A stretch of 64,000 nt of DNA from Octopus vulgaris. Lineage: Eukaryota. A model generated the notes under the pieces. It was not told the DNA's origin. It did no database searches and worked only from the letters and a program-made list of their open reading frames with translations. Positions 15,259 through 26,605 of the stretch are shown piece by piece. A program made the position numbers and the translations under genes. The DNA lies in the NCBI GenBank assembly GCA_951406725.2, contig OX597819.1:115692001-115756000 (forward strand), read 5' to 3'. Numbering within the stretch: position 1 is the stretch's first letter; each line of letters starts with the position of its first letter.

Positions 15259-15300
15259 GGAATACACGGTTTCATCTCGCAGCGGGAGATACCTTCAGTA
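15259..15300 (-). ncRNA. Degenerate minimal hammerhead motif
   Basis: Minus strand: ta CTGAAGG t ATCTC ccgctgc GAGAT GAAAC cgt GTA ttcc; perfect 5-bp stem II, A9->G, stem I 5' arm replaced by (TACA)n; a second 3' half GAAAC cgc GAC ttccc lies at 15200-15216. Confidence 0.55.
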
Positions 15301-15575
15301 TGTATGTTCGATATTGTATGTATACACACACACATACACACTTACATACACACAGAAATGTATATATTTATACATTCCATCTCGTAGTGATTAATTTTTT
15401 TTCATATATCGCTATGCATGAATTTTTTCCTTCGTGTCTCTGTGTTCGTAGTTCAACATTTAACTCTTTTACCCCTTTACTTAATGTAATTTCTTTCTTT
15501 ACTCCTATATACATGTAATTTCTCTATCTATTGCACGATTTCTAATTATTTCATCCATTATACTTATAGGTTATG

Positions 15576-15912
15576 TGAAGGCGCATGGCTCAGTGGTTAG
15601 AGCGTCGAGCTTACGATCGTGAGGTTGTGAGCTCGAATCCCGGATCGGGCTGTGTGTTGTGTTCTTGAGCAAGACACTTTATCTCACGTTGCTCCGGTTC
15701 ACTCAGCTGTAGAAATGAGTTGCGACGTCACAGGTGCCAAGCTGTATCGGCCCTTGCCTTTCCTTGGACAACATCGGTGACGTGGAGAGGGGAGGCCGGT
15801 ATGCATGGGCGACTGCTGGTCTTCCATAAAAAACAACCTTGCCCAGACCTGTGCCTCAGAGGGTAACTCTCTATGTGCAAACCCATGGTCAGTGTCTGAC
15901 CGAAGGGGGTCA
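15576..15912 (+). mobile_element. tRNA-derived SINE family C
   Basis: A box tggctcagtggttagagc, B-box-like gctcgaatcc; homologous to 42044-42378 in reverse complement. Confidence 0.88.
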
Positions 15913-16238
15913 CTATTGTGCGCTTTCTAATCGCCTTTTCTAATCGCTTTCCCTGTTCATATAATCGTCTATATTAGAAGCATTTTGTTCAGTTTTAACA
16001 ATCAGTATCTTAACTGCTAACTGGCTTTTCTCCTGTTGTTTGCCTTGTCTTTTCACTTGTCTTTACCCTCCTCTTTCCACACCTCTCTATTCTTTTTAGC
16101 GTTTCTCTTCCTTGTTTTTCTTGTATGAGAGCAAGTCCTCCTCAATAGAAAGCTTATGTATTTATTCATTTAAAAAAAATTTTGCTCCTATATACATATA
16201 TAAACATACGCACACACACATACATTTATTTATGTATA

Positions 16239-16632
16239 CGCAGGCGTGACTGTGTGGTAAGAAGCTTGCTTCCCAACCACGTGATTTCGGGTTCAGTCCC
16301 ACTGCGTGGCACCTTGGGCAAGTGTCTTCTTCTATAGCCTCGGACCGACCAAAGCCTTGTGAGTGGATTTGGTAGACGGAAACTGAAAGAAGCTCATCGT
16401 ATATGTATGTGTGTGTGTGTGTGTCTTTGTGCCAATATTTATCCCTCAGTCCATCGTTTGACAAACGATGTTGGTGTGTTTACGTCCTCGTAACTTAGTG
16501 GTTCAGCAAAAGAGATCGCTAGAGTACGTATCGGGCTTACAAAGAATAAATCCTGGGGTCGATTTCTTCGAATGAAAACCAGTGCTCCAGCATGGCCACA
16601 ATCTAATAACTGGAACAAGTAAAAGAATAAAA

Positions 16633-16633
<1 letters not shown>
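16239..16633 (+). mobile_element. tRNA-derived SINE family B
   Basis: Homologous to 24968-25373 and 58093-58788; internal microsatellite; tail gtgctccagcatggcc...aacaagtaaaaga. Confidence 0.88.
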
Positions 16634-16726
<93 letters not shown>

Positions 16727-16734
16727 GTGTATGC

Positions 16735-17027
16735 GGCTCTTCTATGCCCTACCGCACAATGTGGATATAGATGACTTCAATGCAGGTAATACACATTCTC
16801 CTTTCCATAATTCCCACATCCCGACATGAAGTACAGACGAGGATAGCGGTGTCAAAACTCCTTCATACACCAAATGAGCCAACAACCAAGACAAAAGCAT
16901 ATAAATAAATGAAGATATGAAAGCCAACTACTCTGAGAAAATCAGCTGAAGGAGTATCATAAGGTGCACAATCACACAAGTGCTCCAGCATGACTGCAGC
17001 TGCATAACGAATGAAAGAATAAGAGTA
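16735..17027 (+). mobile_element. Old 3' fragment of the CR1/L2-group LINE seen at 49583-51271
   Basis: Translates PTSRHEVQTRIAVS versus PTSRQEVQMRVAIS in the 449-aa ORF; ends in gtgctccagcatgactgcag...aagagta. Confidence 0.75.
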
Positions 17028-17439
17028 TTATATTCGCATTCGATTTTGTACTTGTCTGTGATACTCATAAATCCTTGTATTAGCTTTGGTTTAATTAAAA
17101 TTTTATCGCTCACATTGCATTTTTTCATCCTTAATTTCATAAAGGGCTTTTTTCATTCATAGTTTTTTTAAACCAGTTTCCACGAATATAGACACTTAGT
17201 ATTATTCTCTTTTCAATTCATTTTCAACTCGCTTTTTATATTTATGTTTTTCTTGATACAGCCAACCGTTCTTATCTAACAGATTCTTATGTACTGTAGT
17301 ATTGTTAAGCATACTCACGACTGTCTAATAGTGAGTTACACGAAAATCTGTTTAAGAATTTTCCGGTTCAATACCTTTTGCTATTCAGACACTATCTTCT
17401 CCGTATTGTTCTGTATCTATGTGCTCATATGTGTAGAAA

Positions 17440-17485
<46 letters not shown>

Positions 17486-17487
<2 letters not shown>

Positions 17488-18794
17488 AGGCCATCCCATA
17501 AGTTCTGTCCGATTTTCCCATTTTAAAAATTGAATGAAATTTAATTATAGTATTTTAGAATGTCTAATGGAATTAAAAATTATTTTTATGCATTTGTGTG
17601 CATTTAAGCTAATTAAATATTATCTTACAAAATAATACAATTAAAATTTCTTTGATTAAAACCCTTTCTAACATGGAAGTATCCAAAGAGCATTTAAGGC
17701 ACATAAGGCTTTATGAGTACAAAAAAAGAAACAAAGCTGCCGAAACGACTCGAAACATACACTCAGTTTATGGGAAAGAATACTTGAATGAAAGAACTTG
17801 CAGAAGATGGTTTGAAAAATTCAGAAGTGGAGATTTCAGCCTTGAAGATGAAGATCGAACAGAACGTCCAGTTGAGTTTGATGATAAACACTTTGTGGCA
17901 TTACTTGAAGAAAATCCTGCATTATCAGTTGAAAAATTAGCAATAAAGCTTAGTTCAAACCATACAACTGTTCATCATCATTTTGAACAACTTGCAAAGG
18001 TTCCTAAACTTGGAAAATGGGTGCCTCATGAATTGTCCGAAAGCTGACACAAATCCCGTGTTGACATCTGCTCTTCTCTCCATTCTCGCGAATTCATTTC
18101 ACCCTTTTTGGATAGACTTGTGACTGGTGACGAAAAATAGATCTTCTATCGAAATGTTAAACGTCATAAACAGTTGCTTGGTAAAAGGGAAAAAGCTCAA
18201 CCACAACCACAACCGAGAAGGGAACTTCATTTTAAAAAAGTTCTTCTCTCTGGTGGGATTGCAAGGGAGTAATTCACTTTGAATTGTTACCACCTAATGC
18301 GACAATCAATGGTCAAATCTACTGTCAGCAATTAGAGCGTTTGAACCAAGCTTTGAAGAAAAAAAGACCCGCTTTAGTGAATCGGAAAGGAGTGATGTTT
18401 CATCAGGACATTGCGCGACCCCACACTGCAAAGATCACGTCACAGAAGATCGAAGAGCTTGGTTTGGAAAAAATTCCTCATTCCCCTTATTCTCCTGACC
18501 TTGCTCCTTCAGACTACCATTAGTTTCAGACTATCATTTGTAAATGGTTTACAGAATCATTTGGGGAACATAACTTTCGCAAGCCAGGAGGAGGTCGAAA
18601 CTGACATTTCAGAGTTCTTCGCATTGAAACCAAAAGAGTTTTACATTGATGGGTCTAAAAAGCTTGTAAATAAATGGAAGGAAGTCACAGATAATCAGGG
18701 AAAGTACATTGATGATTAAATTTCAATTAAATATAACATTTGATCACTTGTTTTCTTTATTCAAAATTCGGACAGAACTTATAGGATGACCTGA
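17486..18794 (+). mobile_element. Near full-length mariner (Tc1/mariner DD34D-type), 1309 bp
   Basis: TIRs tcaggccatcccataagttctgtccga / tcggacagaacttataggatgacctga with TA on both flanks. Confidence 0.95.
17673..18719 (+). pseudogene. Mariner transposase with stops and frameshifts
   Basis: MEVSKEHLRHI..., WVPHEL, VTGDEK, FHQDIARPH and YSPDLAPSDYH motifs split over three ORFs. Confidence 0.93.
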
Positions 18795-19333
18795 TATATG
18801 TATGTATGTATGTAAAGAAAGAAAGAGAGAGAGAGAGAGAGAGAGAGGGAGGGAGGGAGAAAGATTATGAGATAGAAAGAGATAAAGAGAGTTACAGAGA
18901 AAGAGAGAGCGTAAGAGAGTGAGAAAGAGATTTTATGATGTGTGTGTGTGTGTGCGTGTTTGTGTTTGTGTGTTACTATTCATAGTTACATTCCATGCAA
19001 ATATATTAAACTCCTTAAATATGCGGAAATTTGTGTGCGTACATGCATACATACATACATACATACATACATAGTTATATATTTACATACATTCAAACAT
19101 ACATACATACATACATACATACATACATAGATACATACATAGATAGATACATACATACATACATACATACACACATTTGTATTCATATGCACATACTCTT
19201 AGTATATGCATCTTCTTGTATGTACAATGTATACATAAATGTGTTTTTACTATTCCTTCATAATTTAAAATATTTGCACACACACAATAGTTATTGCTGT
19301 CAATTTCTGTCTCTCTCTCCCTTTCTGTATATA

Positions 19334-19565
19334 TATTTCTTCACTACCCACAAGGGGCTAAACACAGAGGGGACAAACAAGGACAGACAAACGGATTAAG
19401 TCGATTACATCGACCCCAGTGCGTAACTGGTACTTAATTTATCGACCCCGAAAGGATGAAAGGCAAAGTCGACCTCGGCGGAATTTGAACTCAGAACGTA
19501 ACGGCAGACGAAATACCGCTAAGCATTTCGCCCGGCGTGCTAACGTTTCTGCCAGCTCGCCGCCT
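19334..19565 (-). mobile_element. SINE family A, near consensus, with TSD
   Basis: Full copy; ctttctgtatatat repeated at 19321 and 19564. Confidence 0.92.
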
Positions 19566-19598
19566 TTCTGTATATATGCATATTTATATCCGTCTTTC

Positions 19599-19629
<31 letters not shown>

Positions 19630-19667
19630 ATTTATTTATGTATGTATTTATGTATGTGTGTAGAACA

Positions 19668-19895
19668 TGCATTAAAAGTTCCCGGACTAGTGATGAAAAA
19701 AAAGAAAAAAAATTATTTGCCAAATTTTTAACATCATCTCCTTCGAAATAATCACATTGCGCGGCAATACACGGTCTCAGCGTTCCTGCTACTTTTGGAA
19801 TCCAGCCTGGAAGTTGTTTTCCGTAAGCGAATCGTGAACCTTCCGCCCTGGATCTCGACTACGATGTTAAAACGGCAACCTTTGAGCTGAATTTT
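19668..19895 (-). mobile_element. Mariner-like 3' remnant
   Basis: aaaagttcccggact TIR-like end; minus strand resembles the C-terminal FQ..FQK..R...CIAAQCDYFEG. Confidence 0.5.
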
Positions 19896-19899
19896 TATG

Positions 19900-19984
19900 C
19901 CAAATAAACACACGCACTAAATATTCGTTGTTCACATCAGATATAGTGCGTGTGTTTATTTGGGAAAAAAATGATCAGCCTGAG
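19900..19984. repeat. Small hairpin built from the 26.1/63.5-kb element family
   Basis: Perfect 20-bp arms ccaaataaacacacgcacta (19900-19919) / 19944-19963; loop atattcgttgttcac is the reverse complement of 26219-26233. Confidence 0.8.
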
Positions 19985-20481
19985 ATCTATTTTACGGTTT
20001 TTGTATTTACTTAACCTTTATAATTAAGAGGAACCAAAACAAAAACAGATTTGGAGCAGCAAAATACAAATACAAATGCTAAACCCTGATTAAGTGAACC
20101 ATAGCCGTTACAGGTAAGAGAATATGAGCTGGTATTATGCTTCTGCTAATTGTTTTAAATGCTTATTTTGGTCACCCCAACTGAACATCTCGAATGTAAC
20201 AAAAGAGAGGGCTGCAACAGCACTCAGCTGGTTGCAATTTCAGCTGTACAGACGTGAGAACCGTGAAATGAAGTATTTTTCTGAAGGACACAACATACCA
20301 CCTGGTACAGTGGTACCAAGCGGGAAGCTAATCACACTAGTAAGGTGCCTTAGGAGTAGTTTACAAAAGAAACATAGAGTCGGGTAATTTGTTATATATG
20401 TAGCTATAAACGAGAATCTTTCCATATGGTTACAAACCAAGAGATATGAATGTAAGATAAAGGTCTTGTGTTTATAAAAAT

Positions 20482-20839
20482 ATTAGCAGTATCACCCGGC
20501 GTTGCTCGGGTTTGTTTAGAGCCTTCAGAATTGGAAATTTCGAAAAGTAAAACTTTTGCATTATGTAGTTGAAATACACCGAAAAATGGCTACACAGCAG
20601 TAAAAAAATAGGGATTTTCATAGAAAAAAAAATGCATCATTTCGATGTAAATAATTTTTGGTGTTAACATAGTCCGATTTTTATTTTTTCTTCTACGGAA
20701 GGAAGAGCAAGCCTTTTTCTATCATACTCTCAATTTTGGTCAACTTGCGCCGCAGGGTCTCGGAGGAGATAGTGTTAGTTAAAGACTACCATACCAAACC
20801 TGCCATACACAGACAACATCAGCTTTATATATAGAGAGA
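20482..20839 (-). mobile_element. Non-autonomous Helitron-like element
   Basis: Minus strand begins A|TC (plus strand ...tttatatatagagagat) and ends CTA(A) with a subterminal hairpin cccggcgttgctcggg. Confidence 0.65.
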
Positions 20840-21287
20840 TTAATGTTTTAAAAAGGATTGTTGAGGATACGGGTTGATAATGGCAGGTGAACCGAAAGAG
20901 TTAAATAAAACTAAAAATCTAATTATAGTTAAGACAAAGGTAGACAAAGAGTAATTAAAAAAAAAAAAAAAGAAAAGTGAGAGTCGAATGGTAAACAAAC
21001 TTCGTAGAGCCAAAAGGAATATACAGAGAACTAGTTTCTGAGTAGATTTATAATTAAAGATATCATTATATCTTTAAGATGAGACAAAGGTAGATGAAGG
21101 ATAAAGGATATTAGAAAATGGATGATAAGATGAGTGACTTCAATTGTAAACAAGCATGGAATTGCCAGAAGGAATACAAAGACTCTTTTAGAGTCAAACC
21201 CAGAGAAACATAAGCTCGTTTTCACTTAAATTAATCATAGATTGAGTGATGGTAATGGTTATAAATGAAGACATTTTGTATGTGTAT

Positions 21288-21379
<92 letters not shown>

Positions 21380-21502
21380 AAAAATAGGATAAACTATTTA
21401 TAAGAATTTAGTCAGCGTGAAAAACCTCATTGGGGAAGAATTTTTTAATTATTCCCTTTAAATATATATTAAGGGCATTACTATACATAAATGGTCTTAA
21501 TA

Positions 21503-21563
<61 letters not shown>

Positions 21564-21701
21564 TATATATATATATATATACATATATATACATATATAT
21601 ATATACATATATGTATATATATATATATGTATTTATACATATATATATACATATATATATATATACATACACACACACACACACATACATATATATATAT
21701 A

Positions 21702-21758
<57 letters not shown>

Positions 21759-21761
<3 letters not shown>

Positions 21762-22120
21762 GGTCATCCCATAAGTGATGCGGTCTTTTTAATTGTATGA
21801 ACTCAAAATCGGAGGGGGAAAAGGATAATTTGCCTGAATCAACTTTTTTCCCTTTTACTTATTCTTAGTGCAAGTTTTGAAGAGTGCAGTTCGACTTTAA
21901 CATTTATTTTTGAAAGCTATAATGGAAGTGACAAAGGTGCATATTCGGCATATTTTGCTTTATGAGTTCAATAAAGGCAACAATGCAACGGAAAGTGAGA
22001 GAAATGCAGTACACGGGGATCAGACAATAAGCGTAAGCCAGTGTCAACGGTGATTCCAGAAATTTCGAACCGGAAACTACTGTCTAGAAGACAAGTCTCG
22101 TCCTGGAAGAGCTGTAGAGG
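21759..22120 (+). mobile_element. 5' part of a mariner related to 17486-18794
   Basis: TIR-like gggtcatcccataag after (TA)n; MEVTKVHIRHILLYEFNKGNNATES...FQKFRTGNYCLEDKSRPGRAVE. Confidence 0.85.
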
Positions 22121-22402
22121 AAAGTATGTATTTTTGTTATTCTTAATGTTCTTATTTTGCCTACTTCTTTTATCTCATTTCTCTCACATCTCCAATCCAT
22201 TTATAGGCATCCCTTTAAAACTGTAATGTATAAAGATTTCTTACTATAACTTAACTTACTATATCTCAAAGCTTAATATTTAACCAGACCATTTGTCGAG
22301 TCTCTTATATTAATTTACCATAAGCTACACTGAAACTTGAATTTCAGTTGGTGAATCTTGATTTCTATATCAAACATAGCACATTTATCAGAAATACATA
22401 AA

Positions 22403-22610
<208 letters not shown>

Positions 22611-23486
22611 GTGTACAGTATTATATATCTGATCTTGCCAATCAGGTTTGCGCTAGGAGTATAAAAAAGTGTTAGGTAGCAATCAGATTATGTAACTCTA
22701 CACTCATCAGAGGCAGCCAATATCGAATGAAATATGGTGACTACTCTCTCTATATATATGGAGTTAAAGGGCAAACATGTAAATGTAACTCACGTGCGTT
22801 TCCTACTGGCTCTGTTTGCCTATCCCCTTTCTTCTTCGCTTCTGGACTTTCCTTTAGTATAAAAATTATAACTGTTACTGTACAATTTTTACTCAGTCTT
22901 TTCTTTGAGCTTCGACTCATTAATTTTAATTGTGAACATCTCTTGTACTTTTGCGATTTGTATTTACTTTTTGCTTTCTCTATGTTTATATACATATACA
23001 TATATATAAATATGTGTGTGAGTGTGTGTGCGAGCGCGCGTGTATGTTTATATGTTACTGCTAAAGATCATTTAAGCCGATTAAGTATATAGATACAAAT
23101 GGCCGCTCTTGGATTTACTGCCAAGTAATAACATAGAGTTTAACGACCTGTTGTTGAGCTCTTATTTACTGTGGAATTTTTTTCTGATCTTCATATATCA
23201 ATTTTCTATGTATGTATGTATGTATGTATGTATGTATGTATGTATGTATGTATGTATGTATGTATGTATGTATGTGTGTATGTATGTATGTATGTATGTA
23301 TGTATGTGTGTATGTATGTATGTGTGTATGTATGTGTGTATTTATGTTTGTATGTATGCATGTATGTATGTATCTATCTATAACTAAACCTGTACAAAAT
23401 TTTCTTCTAATAACATAGTTTAATTATTCACATTTATATCAATCTTTATAGGAAAGGAAGTTCTATACGAATGGAGTTTATTTCTA

Positions 23487-24053
23487 TTGGGTTGTCCGGA
23501 AAGTTCGTGCCGATTTTTAAAGGAAAGAAAGAGATCAATAAATACTTGCCATTACATTTTTTATCAACCAAATATGAACCATTTTGTTGCACAATGTGTC
23601 TCCATCTTTCCTTTAACTTGAAAATACCCTCTTCCCAGAATTGACGTGGCTTCATGGCAAAGAATTCATCAAGGTATCCTTTTTACGTCATCGAAAGAAT
23701 TGAACTTTTTACCATTAAGACTATTCTGCAGAGACCTGAATAAGTGGAAATCTGAAGCAGCAAAATCTTGTGAAAATAGAGAGTTTAGTAACACATCCCA
23801 GCCGAGCTGCAGCAATTTTTGTCTGGTTCCCAAAGCATCAAGTGCCGAAAATGAACTTTCTTATTTTCCATTTTAAAGGGTTACAGAATTAACACAGGTT
23901 ATAGGAACATAAACATTCTTCCACAAAAAGGTAGCTTAAACTGCACTCTAAATGGAGGTGTAGTCAAATCCTATTTTATGGACTCAACCATGTTCTAAAA
24001 TAAGTCGAAAGGTAAGCTACTATAAATCGGCACGAACTTTCCGGACAACCCAA
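23487..24053 (-). mobile_element. Internally deleted mariner (MITE-like, 567 bp)
   Basis: Perfect ~30-bp TIRs ttgggttgtccggaaagttcgtgccgattt with TA flanks; MENKKVHFRHL fused to C-terminal ...SDFHLFRSLQNSL...ERWRHIVQQNGSY. Confidence 0.93.
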
Positions 24054-24967
24054 TACTTACACTTGTCTTTCTAAAATCGACAGAAAGGGAGATGCTGCCT
24101 CTTTTCGCCTCCCGGCCATTCCAGCCTTGTTTACAATTCGACTCAGTCACTGAATAATCCAATTATCCTTTCACTTAAAAATAATTACCCCCTTAATTTT
24201 AAATCCACTCCAAAGAGAAACAGTTCACTTAGGTTCTACGAGGTTTGTTTACAACTGCATTCTCTCTTGTCTAATTATTTAATTATACATTGATGGCTTT
24301 CATATAAAGTGTAATTATATATGTAATTTCATCATACTTTTGCGCTTCACCTTTTATAGATAAGCTACAGAATAGCGCCAATCTTTAAACATACAGATTA
24401 TAGTGGAAAACCTCTATTTTACACAGCTTCTAGTGTGGTACTTGGAGAGCGAAGCTGGTGGTAACGGTGGCTTTATGAAACTAATGCTTTATGTTTAATT
24501 TTTCAGTTACATTATTGTTTTGGTCGGTGTATAAAGTGTTTGCTCTTCAAACGTTTATCAAAAATGGAATGCAGGGGTCTCCTCTTTTTTGTCACATCTG
24601 TAGTTTCTTTTAAACAACTTTGCACGATATTAATATACTTCGTATATTAATATCCTTAGTATATTAATATTTAATGTATTGATATATTTGCAAGCACAAA
24701 CCTTTTTTTTTACGTTCGTATTAACTGGTTTATGAACATATTCGTTATTCTTTACGACCACTTAAGTAGGCTTAGAATCATTAACTATGTTTTCATTTCT
24801 TTAATATTCTTATATGGCCGTTTTCAACTTTTAACTCACAAATTACGCTCACAACTGAGTTTTCAGCACAAAGGACATAGAATTCATTTCCTCGCCCTTT
24901 CTTCGAATTAGTATTTTCCGCTGTTAATCTAACACCATCTCGTTTCGTGACAATGTATACATACATA

Positions 24968-25373
24968 GGCGCAGGAGTGGCTGTGTAGTAAGTAGCTTGC
25001 TAACCAACCACATGGTTCCGGGTTCAGTCCCACTGCGTGGCATCTTGGGCAAGTGTCTTCTGCTATAGCCCCGGGCCGACCAATGCCTTGTGAGTGGATT
25101 TGGCAGACGGAAACTGAAAGAAGCTTGTCGTATATATGTATATATATATGTGTGTGTATATGTTTGTGTGTCTGTGTTTGTCCCCCTAGCATTGCTTGAC
25201 AACCGATGATGGTGTGTTTACGTTCACGTCACTTAGCGGTTCGGCAAAGGAGACCGATAGAATAAGTACTGGGCTTCCAAAGAATAAGTCCCGGGGTCGA
25301 TTTGCTCGACTAAAGGCGGTGCTCCAGCATGGCCGCAGTCAAATGACTGAAACAAGTAAAAGAGTAAAAGAGT
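24968..25373 (+). mobile_element. SINE family B, full length
   Basis: tRNA-like head, internal microsatellite, tail aaggcggtgctccagcatggccgcagtcaaatgactgaaacaagtaaaagag. Confidence 0.92.
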
Positions 25374-25534
25374 ATACATACATACATACATACATACGTA
25401 CATGCATGCATACATATACACACATACATATATATGATAATATATACTATATACATACATAAATACATACAAAACACACACACACACACTCACACACACA
25501 TACACACGCTCAAACACACACATACATATTACAT

Positions 25535-25580
25535 ATAGTGACTTCGAAGTTTCGGAATGTCCAATGATTGCTCAGCTGTC
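25535..25580 (-). ncRNA. Degenerate hammerhead remnant, same family as 11591-11636
   Basis: Minus strand: gacag CTGAGCA...cc GAAAC ttcgaa GTC actat; the 16-mer ccgaaacttcgaagtc is identical to 11615-11630. Confidence 0.5.
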
Positions 25581-26099
25581 GTTGTCAATACAACGTTTCT
25601 TAACTGTACTCTAGCAAATGTATTGAGTAATCCTTCAACTGAATGTAATACACAAACAATAGACTTATATGCACATTCCTATGATAAATATCAACAAAAT
25701 AGATATAAAACACTGTATAAAGGACACGGTTACAAACAACATATGAAGCGAATCCATATGCACACCCAAAAACATATACGGTAACATCACAGACGGCCGC
25801 AACAATATCTACACCACGACTAACAGCAATGCAACAACAACAAGAATAGCAACAACAACAACAACAAGTACCACGATGGCAACCGCATGAGTGAACACAA
25901 AAACACAGTGAGTTACAAGAACAGTACAAAAAGTCGGTTTCAAGGCCAGCAGCAGCAGCAGCGGCAACGGGGTAGGGGACGGGACCAAGGAGAGGGTCAT
26001 AATGCTACAAAGAACAATGAAAAACATACACACACATGCATACATACACAAACAAAGACGCATGCGCATATAAGGATATACATCAAAGAAGAACTGAAT

Positions 26100-26345
26100 T
26101 GAATAAGCAGAGAAAAAGCAGACACGAAGACGGAAAGTGTCATCGAGGAGGTCACAGGTGTGTGACGAAAGACTTTCGGACAATGGACACGAGTTAGAAT
26201 AAGAACAGTAATAAACGAGTGAACAACGAATATATAGTGCTTGTATTTATTTGAAAAAAAAAAATGACCATCCTGAATACAACAATACCTGTTTCAGCAC
26301 ACGACTTCGCATCAGAAAAGTCGCAACACAAACTCATAAACGTAT
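26100..26345 (+). mobile_element. Short element ending in (TA)n with a degenerate hammerhead at 26138-26182
   Basis: tgtca TCGAGGA g GTCACA ggtg TGTGAC GAAAG act TTC ggaca; downstream sequence is homologous to 63845-63921 and to the reverse complement of 63540-63621. Confidence 0.65.
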
Positions 26346-26564
26346 ATATATATATATATGGCCTGCTCGCTTAGCAAGCGGGGTGGCGTCATTTGAAGGC
26401 TAAAACAATGCTATTTGCCAACATAATGTGGCTGTCCTGGAAGGGACAATTGTTACTGTTGTTTAACTCCACGAAACATCGTTTGCAGCTGGCTATACGA
26501 CACAATATCTGCGTCCTTATATTTTAGAACAGGGAGTCTAGAACTTCTATCCAGCACAAAACTT

Positions 26565-26605
26565 CTGCGGACCGATTTCTGGGTTATTTCCCTTTGTCAG
26601 CACAG
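26565..26605 (-). ncRNA. Degenerate minimal hammerhead motif
   Basis: Minus strand: ctgtg CTGACAA a GGG aaataa CCC a GAAA tcg GTC cgcag; 5-bp stem I, G8->A; adjacent 26440-26540 is homologous to the 57565 foldback arm. Confidence 0.6.

Noticed and set aside
15576-15650. tRNA-like sequences with A and B boxes
   Set aside because: They are SINE heads continuing into SINE bodies, with no complete cloverleaf, so no tRNA gene is called.
22646-22716. Minus-strand CTGATGAG with tgcc/ggca flanks; a similar weak candidate lies at 51795-51847
   Set aside because: The GAAA and NUH positions are mutated, so it is too degenerate to call without a family consensus.
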